From NCBI RefSeq assembly GCF_964213995.1, contig NC_135801.1, positions 108,252,001-108,316,000 on the forward strand: DNA of 64,000 nt. The letters are read 5' to 3'. The translations under genes and the position numbers were made by a program. The notes below the pieces were generated by a model that searched no databases, had not been told where the DNA came from, and saw nothing but the letters and a program-made list of their open reading frames with translations. Shown piece by piece: positions 36,321-48,389 of this stretch (position 1 is its first letter; every line of letters begins with the position of its first letter). This DNA is from Mustelus asterias (Eukaryota).

Positions 36321-38084
36321 AGCCGACTCTATAGTTTTTATTTGAGACATTAAAATGATTGATAGCTATGAGAGAAATTAGCATGGGTTTACTGTCAATC
36401 ATAGAAGATAACTTGTGATAATTTTAATTATTTTTCACTATTTAAGGTGAATGGTAGTTGAATGAGGCACTTGTGCACAACCTGTTAAAATCATTTGGAC
36501 GGTGTGTTACAGAAGTAAAGGCAACAAATATACTCTAAGAGTTTGCAACAAGAATGGTTTCAAGTCCCAAGAAGCAATAGTAGTTATGTATAGAGCAGCA
36601 GTTCAGTCTGATTTCAAATACAGTTCACCCTACAGCAATAGCGACATTCAGCTTTGGCTGCACAGATGGGCAACTGAAGTGATACCTGGGATAAAAATAT
36701 TTACACACGAAGACTGCTGAAACTGGATATGTTTACAGTGGAGAAAAAAAAGAGGCTCAAGGGAGTTTTCAGAATTCTGAACATAAAATTCTTCTATCAA
36801 GCCATTCCTGTAAAACACTTCAATTTCAACCTTTTCAGTCACAGGGAAACTGGTTTGGGGAGACCAAAAGGAATGAAGGAAGAAAATATCTCCAAGAGCA
36901 AAGGAGTTCCATCATGGATAGGAATATGTCACTTGAAACATGGAACAGTTTTTATTATTATTTATTATTAAAAAAGAAGTATTCCAACTCTGAAGAAAAC
37001 CATGTGAAAGTTTACACATAGTAAAATGGGATAATCCAGCTAACTTTTCTTGGGATAAAGACTGTGCACTTTAACCCTCTACATTGTCTAACATTGATTT
37101 GAAATACAATGGAAGCATTTGACGGAATGTAAACTTCCCGCAGGATCCAATCTCTCAACTGGGAAGTGCAATCAGTCCTATTGTTATACCCAAGCGCAGG
37201 TAAACAAATTGGTTGGAATTTTTGAGAATCCTACAGGGACTTTCCATATTAGCATATTAACAATTAAATTGTTAATATTCTTTGGAGCAATCCACTAATG
37301 GCCATGAGAGATGAGAGAATGAGAGAGCAATTAGGGGAGAGTGTGGATTTGCATGTGATTGCTGGTATCTAAAATTGTAATGAAGTACAGTATTCATATT
37401 TACACAGCTATATTGCACCATTACAATGTGCTGTGCTGCAACTTGTTAAAATGGGAGTAAAATTATCTTTAATGATTGTAAAAAAAATACACCAGGACAT
37501 TCCTATATAGGACCTAAAATTGTTAGCTTTTCTGAAAAGCAAATTAATTCAGCCTCTGATACAAGCAATTATGTCGGCTGAAGAACAGTCACCAAAATAT
37601 ACATCAGAGTTCAAAAGCACACTAGTACATAGTTACACTCAACTACAGGAAAAAACGGTTTTACTGGTTGTCTTTTTTTGGAGAGGAGGGTATACAGCTT
37701 GTGTGAATCTATATTCTACAGCACAGACCTACTGTTGATTCAAGTTTTTTGGTTATATTACCATACAGAGTACACATTTTCCTGAAGTGTGTGTTTACAT
37801 GTGCATACAAATGCAGTTGGGGCAGTTATTCTCCTTAATTTGCAATCAGTCCGAATCTGGTCAGAATCAATGACTTGTGCAAAAGGCAATAAGAGTTGGG
37901 AAAAGTCATGCAGGCAATAAACCAAAAAAAGGGAGTATGCATATCATGGCATATATTAGTTTTATGGACCTTTTTTTTCCCCATGATTCAGACTGGAACT
38001 GACACAGCATAAGTACATTGAGGTTATGCAATTGTAGAAGTCTTATCTCCATTAGTACGCATTGAAGAGCAATGCGACATCAGA

Positions 38085-39700
38085 GAGTTTATAGAGTCAT
38101 AGAATAGGTACAGTGCAGTAGGAGGCCTTTCAGCCCATCATGTCCATGTCAGCTTTCTCTGCAAGAACAAATGTTTAAGCCCCACTCTTCTGCCCTTTTC
38201 CTGAAAACCTACAAATTCTCTCTTTCAATGCTTCTCCAATTCTCTTTGGAAACTCAATTGTCTCTGCCTCTACAACACTCTCAGACAATATGTTCTAAAT
38301 CCTCACCATTTGCTGCATTAAAAAGTAGTCTCATGTCGGTGTTGAGCTTTTTTTTGCTAATCATATTAAATAGATGTCCTCTAGTTCTCAACCTCATTGC
38401 CAATGGGAACAATTTCTATCTACTACAGATTCCTCATGGTTTTGATCCGTTCTATCATGTCTTTCCTGAACTATTTCTTCCTTAAGGAGAACAAACCCGG
38501 CTTTGCCAATCTACCCAGGTTGCTGAAGTCCCTCATACCTTCATAGAACCATTTACCACTACTCAGTTTACTGTCACCTCAACTAACTTTATATCCATGC
38601 TGGATAAAAGCAAATTACTGCGGATGCTGGAATCTGAAACCAAAAGAGAAAATGCTGGAAAATCTCAGCAGATCTGGCAGCATCTGGAAGGAGAAAAAAG
38701 AGCTGACGTTTGGAGTCCAGATGACCCTTTGTCAAATCTGGACTCGAAACTTCAGCTCTTTTCTCTTTTGGTTTCATATCCATGCTGTTACATTTCCTTT
38801 TATTCTGTGGGCTTCAACTTTGGTGGCAATGTTGCACTTCACCAAACATCTTTTGGAAGTCCATGTACACCTCATCAAACATCTCCATTACCTCATCAAA
38901 CAACTCAATCAAGTTAAACACGAGTTGCCTTGAACAAATCCATGCTGGCTTTCCCAAATTTAATCTACACTTGTTGAAACAGCTATTCTAATTTTGTCCC
39001 AGACCAACGTTTCTAAAAGCTCATCCACCATCACAACTAACTGACTGGACCATAGATGTTGTGTTTATTCTTTCACTCTTTCTTGAACAAGGTTGTAACA
39101 TTTGTAATTCACCAGCCCTCCGGAACCCTTCTGTATCTAAGGAGAATTGCAAGATTATGGCCAGTGTCTCTGCAATATCCACCCTCACTTCCTCAGTGTC
39201 CATGGATGCCTCTCATCTGATCCTGGTGCCTTATCAATGTTAAGTGCAGCCAACCTTTCTTATACTCCACCTTTATCAACTTTTAGCCCATCCAGCATCC
39301 CAAATACATTTTCTTTCTCTATGACTTTGGCAGCATCTTCTTGTCTGGCAAAGATATGCAAAGGACATATTCACCCATGTCCTCTGCCTCCATACTTAGA
39401 CTGCCTTAATGGTCACTATTTGGCCTCATTCTTTCACTTAATATCCTTTTACTATTGATGTGCTTATAAAAGTCGTCAGGATTCCATTTTATGTTAGCTG
39501 CCAGTCTCTTCTATTCTATATTGCCTCTCATTTCCTTTTCACTTCCCCTCTGAACTTTCTATAATTACCCTGGTTCTCACTTGTTTTATCAACTGGAAAT
39601 CAGTCATATGCTCTTTTTTTCTGCATCATCTCTCACTCTTGATTCTTCTCGACATCCAGACAGCCTTATCGTTCCCCCATGTCGGAATGTACCTTGAATG
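38085..39700 (-). mobile_element. Degenerate CR1 fragments
   Basis: CR1 tail at ~38085-38160; remnants LAIILQFSLDT, ANVTTLFKK. Confidence 0.65.
38603..38775. mobile_element. Penelope-like pLTR fragment (family B), internally inverted, degenerate hammerhead
   Basis: 12-bp TSD atatccatgctg (38591-38602 / 38776-38787); homologous to 14935-15066; fold-back gagctgacgtttggagtccagat / atctggactcgaaacttcagctc. Confidence 0.85.
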
Positions 39701-40019
39701 CACCTGAATTCTCTCTTGATGAAGTGCAACACTAAATTTCTAGTCTAATGCAAAGAATGGCAGCAAGAGCAATGAGTAGTATAATAAGCCACCTGATGTA
39801 GCTCGGCTGGAAAGATAGCTCCAGTAGGCAGAACAAATTTCAACTATATTGGCAAATGCAATTTTACTTGACAGCTTGAAATCTAATGCCACTCTTAGAT
39901 TATGAAAACTTTGCATTGACAACTGTGTAGTGTAAAGGAGGCATTAAACCACAACATTGCTCCCATGACATTAAGATTGGCAATCTTTTAGTGCTCATTA
40001 AGTCTACAGTTTGAGGCTT

Positions 40020-40380
40020 TGCCAGCAGCTAAGTGGATTTATCCAGCAAGTAGCCAAGTTATAGAACAGGAAATTCCCAGGTTCAACTCTGATCTGTGCT
40101 GAATTAACTGATCTCATTTAGTATAGTAGGAAGTGTGGTAGAAGTGGCCTCAGAATTACAGAAATGAAATTTAGTCAGACTTATGTGGTCCAGTAACCCC
40201 TGATTGACTTGTGCAGTTGTGACCATTAGACAAGTATTGTATCGATCTCTGCTATATTGCACCTGTGACTGAATAACTTGCTAACAGTCACTTTGATGCA
40301 TAAACATTGACTAATTGCTGAGAGATGACTAGCACTCCAGTAGTCCAGCTAAGAGTCAATATCTTAAGAGAAGAAAGAAA
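40020..40380 (+). mobile_element. Ancient tRNA-derived SINE (AmnSINE2-like)
   Basis: caggaaattcccaggttcaactctgatctgtgctgaattaactgatctca, tccagtaacccctg, aagagtcaatatcttaagag resemble, from recall, the AmnSINE2 consensus; not database-checked. Confidence 0.5.
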
Positions 40381-40983
40381 GCATTATAAAGTTCCTCTTT
40401 CATTTCATGTAAAATGCTAGAATTCTTTGCATGTTTCCAAAAAGACACATACATCAACACAAAGATACTCACAATACAAAGGATCCATCTTAATTAAAAA
40501 CTAATATAGTTAAAAATAAAAAGTAAATTGGCTTTCTAGGTGATTAACAACCAATTGATGGCAAAGCTGACAGTTTCAAAGAAGAATATGAGCATCACAT
40601 TAACGTTATTCAGATATATTTTATAGACAAGTGTCCAGTATTTAGGGATTGCTTCAGATAAATAGATATTGAAGCCAAATACTGATTTAGAGTCTTCTCC
40701 TTTGGTTCTGCTCAAAAATGTTACATTGGCTAATCAGAAACTCAAATCACTGAACTGAACCCTCCTAGAATAATAGGAAAGAAAATCGAGCAAAGTGTGA
40801 ACCATGCTGTCAAATTGTGCCTATTGTATTACTATCCAGGACAATTTTGTACCCAAATTACTTTTAAAAAAACTTCAATTTGGGATTTACATGATTTAAT
40901 AAGATTTAGTCAGAATTAATATGAACAATTAATTTCATTTGCAATTTACTGGACACAATACCTTAGAGACATCAAATACTTAC

Positions 40984-41048
40984 ATCGAGAGTGTGTGTAT
41001 TTAGAACCATAAGACCCATGTTTTTGGTCAGAAGTTTACATGCGTGTC
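40984..41048 (-). CDS. ATP8A1: ATP8A1 coding exon, 65 nt: (G)HACKLLTKNMGLMVLNTHTLD
   Basis: Not in the ORF track. Minus strand TTTTCTAAACAG|GACACGCATGT...CTCGAT|GTAAGT; resembles mammalian ATP8A1 GHSCKLLKKNMGMIVINEGSLD; 139+65=204 nt restores phase 0. Confidence 0.93.
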
Positions 41049-44034
41049 CTGTTTAGAAAAAACAAAATAAAAAAGTTCAGTTCGACAGAAATGCAAACTG
41101 TTGTATGACTTCCACTATAGTATGGTTTTATGATTGGTGGACTTGGGGATGTGAATTGTAATTAAGAAATAGGAGCAGGAGTAGATCATTCTGCTCCTCG
41201 AGTCTACTCTGCATTTCTTTTGTGTTTCACATTAATAAAGTTCAGGTCTATATAACATTACGAATTGAACAGCAATGTAACAAAACATGTACAATGCTCA
41301 GATTTTTACCTTTGACTTGCGGATTAGAAAGAGGTATTTATAAAAATACTTTTATATATACATACATATATGTACTTTCATGGCTGTAAACATTGTCTTG
41401 TTTTGTACTCCTGTCAGTACAGTCTGAATTATTTGATCAATGTTGAGGTTGGTCTGTTAATTATCAAACGGGAATTGATTCAAAGCTCATCACTATTAGA
41501 ATAGTCTCCTCAATTTTAACATTTTAATAAAATGTTCAGAGCTGAAAAGTCCAGGTGTAACAAGTAGTAAATAGTCACAACCAACTATTAACTTGCGGAT
41601 TTGAACTTCTGTTCCTGAAGGAATGAGCTAAAATTGTGTGCAATTCTCATAGCTCATCCTCCCCTTGGTTCTTCCTCTGGAACAGTTGTCAAAATGGCTG
41701 GGAAACAAATCAAAAAAGGCAGTCCAGAAAATCAAGAAAAGACATGAATACCTTAATCCAACATGAAAAATTAATTCCTACCAAATGCTAATTTTATTTT
41801 CTTTTAGCATCTTTTTCACTTGCTATATGCTAATCCTTTTGACTACTGCTTGGCATTTACAAATTGCAAAATACTAGCACCATCTGCAATATAGCATTTG
41901 AAAATCATAAACATTTACTTGACAGGATATTAAAAAACAAATGAATTAAAGTATTGGCTCATGGGGAGGAAGGTTGTGGGAAACCTCGTTAGAAACAATT
42001 TCAATGCAATATTATCTGATTTTTAAATAGAACATATGGATCTAATCATGTCACATTAATTTGACAGCATTGTCACTATCACAAGCTAACAAAAAAGTCT
42101 TGAATAATTATTTAAACTGTAACTAGGTTTAAGTGAAATTATGTTTTATTACTTAATTTGCTTTGATGTCCTTGGTGATCATAATGTGCACACATTTCTG
42201 AACTTCACTGATGGCCTAACTTCGGTGAGAAGCTAAGACCCCCAGCACATGAGAGGATGCCAGTCGTGGTCACAAAAGAATCACAGAATCCCCACAGTGC
42301 AGAAAGAGGCCATTTGGCCCATCTTTAACATGCTGTAAATTGTAGGTGGACAGAAACAGAGAGGATGTAAAAAGGTTTAGACTTCCATGGAAATGAAAAA
42401 GAGCCCTTTACTTTGTGGTTCAGCATTACATGAAATGCGATTACCACACATCTTGTACATGTCATGGTGAAGACAATCAAGCCAATTAAAAATTTTGAGG
42501 TCAACATTTAAACTAGGGAAAACAACAGTAGTTGTGACTATTTCTTAAAGCAATTCTGGTTTTCAAAGGGTACTGAATCTCTACCCCGCAATGTTCCCCT
42601 TTGCCATCTGCTTTGTAAAGGAAGAGCACCCCTCCTGTCACCCCTCCACAAAGCTGAACAATAACTCCGAATCGGACTTCCAGTGGATTCCACCAGAATA
42701 ATGGCTGGAACACCACAGGTCTTTCAGGTCCTTAGCTTGTGCACCGTATTCATTGCTGATCACAAAAAAACAGGGGAGATAGTGTAGAGCGAAGGAGCGC
42801 GAGGTTATCTCATGTCAAAGGTGAGAGATATGAGGAAAGCTAGGAGAAAGCTCACATTTCTCAGCCTTGAAAAGAAGTGAGAGAGACGATCTTCTCGTGA
42901 TATACAAGATACTTAATTTGGAAAACGTAAACCAAGAACTTTACTTTAAATTGCAAAAATAGAACAAAGACTAGAAGTTCAAAATATTAAAATGCAACTT
43001 TAGAATGGATTTACAGAGACTAATCAATACTTGGAGTGACCTCCGGGTGTAGTATTGGAGCAAAATCCTGGAATTATTTAAGAACTAATGTGATGCAACA
43101 ATGATCGATGCAAAACTTTAGGCTCATTCTGGATGGATGAACAAATCTGGCCTGAATAATAATCCTCATCTGCAATTACCCACAGAAATATTCTTTAATG
43201 TGTTGCGTACATTTCTATCACCACTTTTCTCCTTTCAATGAGAGTCTATTTTTATCACTTTTACAAAGCTGAAGACAGGGGCATGAAAATTAAATGTTTT
43301 TATATTGTTTTCAAAAGAGGATGCAGACAACCTCTTGGACAGCTCTCCCCAACAGCCACTGTAATATTAATGGAAACTGTCTAGACACAGAACATCCAAG
43401 AAAATGCACAGCAGTGTTTTCCCTGAATATAAATGATTGGAAGTGCAGACAGAAGCAAAATCCTCCCAATTTACAGATGATACCAAACTAGATGAGACTA
43501 GTAAACAATAGGAAACATGCTATTCTAATATAGAAGGCTCAGGATAGATTAGGCTGATGAATGGTAGATGTCACCTACTGTTGGGAGAAGATAATAAGCC
43601 ATGGAAATATAAGTCAAACGATAAAATGAGACTATTCTAGAGGAAATAGCACAGCAGATGGAGGTGGGAATGCACTTAGATTACTAAAACCATCAGCACT
43701 ATATATGGCAAAGGTAAAGAGAGCAAGTAGCATCACCTGTTGTGTAGCAAGAGCACAAATCTCAGGAATCATAAGTACAGAATACTGATTCAGCCTCATT
43801 TGTACTGTACCTGAATTCTGAGAAAGAGGCCTTTTAGGTTTAGGGTAATCTCAAAGTATTCATCAAAAGTCGACACTAGGTAAGTGCCAATGGGTCCAAT
43901 GCTCTTGGGTATTGTGGCCATGAAAGAATTTTTCCATCCAAGGGGAGAAGGAATTAAGTATTAGAATAGAACATGCATTTAAATTTTGCTAAATACAGCA
44001 TGGATTTGCAGAGGGCATATCATGTCTAACAAAT

Positions 44035-46357
44035 GGGAGGAGGGAATCGTGATGAGGTGACTGAGAGCGAGGAGGTTAGCCTGCAAATAGAGAAGGATTG
44101 TACACAGTGTAAGAGGGAGAATAGACGGGTGATGGAGAAGGGGAGAGCTCAGACCAAAGGTTTGAGATGTGTCTATTTTAGCGCCAGGAGTGTAGTGAAT
44201 AAAGTGGATGAGCTTAGAGTGTGGATCGATGCTTGGAAGTGTGATGTGGTGGCCATTACGGAGACTTGGGGACAGGGACAGGACTGGATACTTCAAGTGC
44301 CAGGTTTCAGATGTTTCAGAAAGGACAGAGAGGGAGGCAAAAGAGTGGGGGGGGGGGGGGCACTGCTGATCAGGGATAGTGTCACAGCTGTAGAGAAGGT
44401 GGAAGCCGTGGAGGGATTGTCTACGGAGTCTCTGCGGGTGGAAGTTCGGAGCGGGAAGGGGTTGATAACTTTGCTGGGTGTTTTCTACAGGCCGCCCAAT
44501 AGTACCAGGGATGTTGAGGAGCAGATAGGGAAACAGATCCTGGAGAGATGTAGGAATAACAGGGTTGTCATGATGGGAGACTTTAATTTCCCAAACATCG
44601 ATTGGAATATCCCTAGGGTAAGGGGTTTGGATGGGGAAGAGTTTGTGAGGTGTGTTCAGGAGGGTTTCCTGACACTGCATGTGGAAAAGCCTACAAGAGG
44701 AGAGGCTGTACTCGATCTGGTACTGGCAAATGAGCCTGGACAGGTGTCGGATCTCTCAGTGGGGGAGCTTCTTGGGGATAGTGATCATAGCTCTATCTCC
44801 TTTACGCTAGCATTGGAAAGAGATAGGATCAGGCAAGCCAGGAAAGTGTTTATCTGGAGTAAGGGGAAATATAAAGCCATCAGGCAGGAGCTTAGAGGCG
44901 TAATTTGGAAGGAGGCATTCTCGAGGAAAAGTACTGAAGTAAGGTGGCAGATTTTCAAGGAATGTTTGTCTGGAGTTCTGCACGATAACGTTCCGATGAG
45001 ACAGGGAGGTGTTGGTAGGTTACGGGAACCATGGTGCACGAAAGCTGTGCTGAACCTAGTCAAAAAGAAAAGGAAAGAATACTCAGCATGGCTTTGTCAA
45101 AGACAAATCATGCCTTACGAGCCTGGTGGAGTTCTTTGAAAATGTGACTAAACACATTGACGAAGGAAAAGCAGTAGATGTGGTTTACATGGACTTCAGC
45201 AAGGCGTTCGATAAGGTCCCCCATGCAAGACTTCTCGAGAAAGTGAGAGGGCATGGGATCCAAGGGGCTGTTGCCTTGTGGATTCAGAACTGGCTTGCCT
45301 GCAGAAGGCAGAGAGTGGTTGTAGATGGGTCTTTTTCTGAATGGATGTCGGTAACCAGTGGAGTGCCCCAGGGATCTGTTCTGGGACCCTTGCTGTTTGT
45401 CATTTTCATAAATGACCTGGATGAGGAAGTGGAGGGATGGGTTGGTAAGTTTGCCGACGACACGAAGGTTGGTGGTGTTGTGGATAGGTTGGAGGGATGT
45501 CAGAAGCTGCAGCGTGACATAGATAGGATGCAAGACTGGGCGGAGAAGTGGCAGATGGTCTTCAACCCGGATAAATGTGGAGTGGTACATTTTGGCAGGT
45601 CAAATGGGATGAAGGAGTATAATATCAAGGGTAAGACTCTTAGCAGTGTAGAGGATCAGAAGGACCTTGGGGTCCGGGTTCATAGGACTCTTAAATCAGC
45701 CTCGCAGGTAGAGGTGGTGGTTAAGAAGGTGTATGGTGCGCAGGCCTTAATCAATCGACGGATTGAGTTTAGGAGTCGGGAGATAATGATGCAGCTTTAT
45801 AAGACCCTCGTCAGACCCCACTTGGAGTACTGTGCTCAGTTCTGGTTGCCTCATTACAGGAGGGATGTGGAAATGATTGAAAGGGTGCAGAGAAGATTTA
45901 CAAGGATGTTGCCTGGATTGGTTGGCATGCCTTATGAGGATAGGCTGAGGGAGCTCGGTCTTTTCTCCTTGGAGAGACGAAGGATGGGAGGTGACCTGAT
46001 AGAGGTGTACAAGACGTTGAGAGGTATAGATCGGGTGGCTTGTCAGAAGCTTTTTCCCAGGGCTGAAATGGCTGCTATGAGAGGACACAGGTTTAAGGTG
46101 CTGGGGAGTAGGTACAGAGGAGATGTCAGGGGTAAGTTTTTCACTCAGAGGGTGGTGGGTGAGTGGAATCGGCTGCCGTCAGTGGTGGTGGAGGCAAACT
46201 CGATAGGGTCCTTTAAGAGACTTCTGGATGAGTACATGGGACTTAATAGGATTGAGGGTTATAGGGAAGCCTATATATAAGCCTAGGTAGGTAGGGACAT
46301 GACCGGCGCAACTTGTGGGCCGAAGGGCCTGTTTGTGCTGTATTTTTTCTATGTTCT
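44035..46357 (+). mobile_element. CR1 LINE: end of ORF1, APE and RT, with an internal deletion of the linker
   Basis: ORF 44033-45139 (VVAITETW, GDFNFP, DSDH) jumps at ~45078 to QHGF; ORF 45126-46280 RT C-terminus; 4-bp TSD aaat within an older CR1 remnant. Confidence 0.92.
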
Positions 46358-46834
46358 AAATCTTTGAATAGGTAATTAAAATGATAGAATGACAGAGCAG
46401 TTGGAGTGAGAAAATACCAAGGCCAGCCAGGGGATGGTGGGTTCAAAGCCCATCCACCACACTCAAGAATTACCTGACGTGTATTGCAAAATTCAACCAC
46501 ATCATGATGCAGTCCAGGACAATAAAAATGTTTTTGTATTTTTGCTGGAGTCTTCCTTACTCCTAAATGATCTCCTACTGGAACCTCATGTGCTACCTGT
46601 AATACCTCCTTTCTACAATCCACCATTACTACTACTTGATGAACATCCTCCCATTTTTTATCCACCTGAATTTATAAAGTGTTCTACTTCCTCATTAAGA
46701 CATTATTTTTAAGGCAATAACACTCCAATATACACTCAGATTCTCCTGTGCATGTTTTCTGCTACAACTGTTGTATCTCTGCATCTTTCTGTTGCAATTC
46801 TGCCAACTTTCCTGAACTAAAGGCATCTTTATTA

Positions 46835-47160
46835 GGGGCGGCACGGTGGCACAGTGGTTAGCACTGCTGCCTCACAGCTCCAGGGGCCCGGGCTTGATTC
46901 CAGCCTCGGATCACTGTGTGCGGGGTTTGCACATTCTCCCAGTGTCAGCGTGGGTTTCCTCCGGGTGCTCCGGTTTCCTCCCACACTCCAAAGATATGTT
47001 GATTAGGTGGATTGCCCATGCTAAATTGCCCCTTAATGTCAGTGGGGTTAGTGGGATAAGTACGTGGGGTTACGGGGAGAGGACCTGGGTGGGATTGTTG
47101 TCGGTGCAGGCTCGATGGACCAATGGCCTCCTTCTGCGCTGTAGTGATTCTATGATTCTA
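46835..47160 (+). mobile_element. HE1 SINE
   Basis: Head, V core, CR1-type tail. Confidence 0.9.
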
Positions 47161-47224
47161 TCTGCTTCATCCTCCACCTGTTCTTGTTCTTGACCAACCA
47201 CCTGGTCAAAGACTGTTTCTGATA

Positions 47225-47750
47225 CTGTGTATAGTTCTGGTCACCCTATTATAGAAAGGATATTATTAAACCAGAAAGAGTGCAGAAAAGATTTACTAGG
47301 ATGCTACTGGGACTTGGTGGTTTGAGGCATAAGGAGAGGCTGGATAGACTGGGACTTTTTTCCCTGGAGTGGCTTAGGAGTAATCTTACAGAGGTCTATA
47401 AAATAATGAGGGGCACAGATAAGATAGATAGTCAACATTTTTACCCAAAGGTAAGGGAGTCTAAAACCAGAGGGCATAGGTTTAAGGTGAGAGGGGAGAG
47501 ATAGAAAAGGGTCCAGAGGGGCAATTTTTTCACACAGAAAGTGGAGTGTGTCTGGAACAAGCTGCCAGAGTAGTAGTAGAGGTGGGTACAATTTTGTCTT
47601 TTAAAAAGCATTTAGATAGTTACATGGGTAAGATGAGTATAGAGGGAAATGTGCCAAACACGGTCAAATGGGACTAATGGTAAAAACTGGGCGGCTTGGA
47701 CAAGCTGGGCCGAAGAAACTGTTTCCATGCTGTAAACCTCTATGACTCTA
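47225..47750 (+). mobile_element. CR1 3' fragment (same subfamily as 30629-34605)
   Basis: QKRFTRML..., 5-bp TSD tgata (47220-47224 / 47751-47755). Confidence 0.88.
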
Positions 47751-48029
47751 TGATAATGGAACTTCAGCCTCCTTATGTTTACTCTTTGATATCTCCTCCT
47801 CCTGTTTCAACCTGTGGCTTTGTAATTTTGTTGCCACACAGTCAGGAAACTTCCCAGGATATGCTTCCTGCAATCCCTCAGTTGTTTTATTTTCCACTGG
47901 CTTTTCAACCACAGTAGGCATCACTTCCATCTGTGATCCAACCATGTTACCCAGGATAAACTGTACCCCTGAAAAAGATAATTTCTCTATTACTCGTACC
48001 ACCTATTTTCACCAGACTCTCCAACCTGG

Positions 48030-48345
48030 CCTCCTTCCTTCCCCCACCAATCCTGTCTGCAGAATGGCAGGAGACCCCCAACCCACACCGATCGCCCCAC
48101 AAGACCTCGCCCCCATGGCACTGCCCCATGCCCGATGGGCAGTGCTAAGGTGTCCCCTGGGCATTGGCACCTTGGCAGTGCCAGCCTGTGACCCTGGTGA
48201 ACACACACACACACACGAGGAGCCACTCTAAACTCCACTGAAGTGGACAACGCTTAGTGGTGGGAGAGAGAGAAAGACTAGTGGGCCTGGAGACTTCAGT
48301 CCCGGGCCCGCTCATCATATTTAAATTATATTAAAATCCAGCCCC
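48030..48345. mobile_element. Fragment of the GC-rich DNA transposon family seen at 28330-29300
   Basis: ccatggcactgccccatgcccgatgggcagtgctaagg shared motif. Confidence 0.45.
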
Positions 48346-48389
48346 CCCCGAATACAGAGGGAGAGACAGAGAAGCTTGTAGGTGGCGAA

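Larger units (their letters stand above)
46450..48030 (-). mobile_element. Gypsy LTR-retrotransposon fragment (protease end directly followed by integrase zinc finger; Gmr1-like order), split by HE1 and CR1
   Basis: SGVQFILGN...FPDCVAT...VPLS|ETV..., then AHEVPVGDHLGVRKT..KIQKHFYCPGLHHDVVEFCN (integrase HHCC region). Confidence 0.75.

Noticed and set aside
36988-37015. CTGAAGA...GAAAG hammerhead-like string
   Set aside because: Stems I and II do not pair; no PLE context or TSD.
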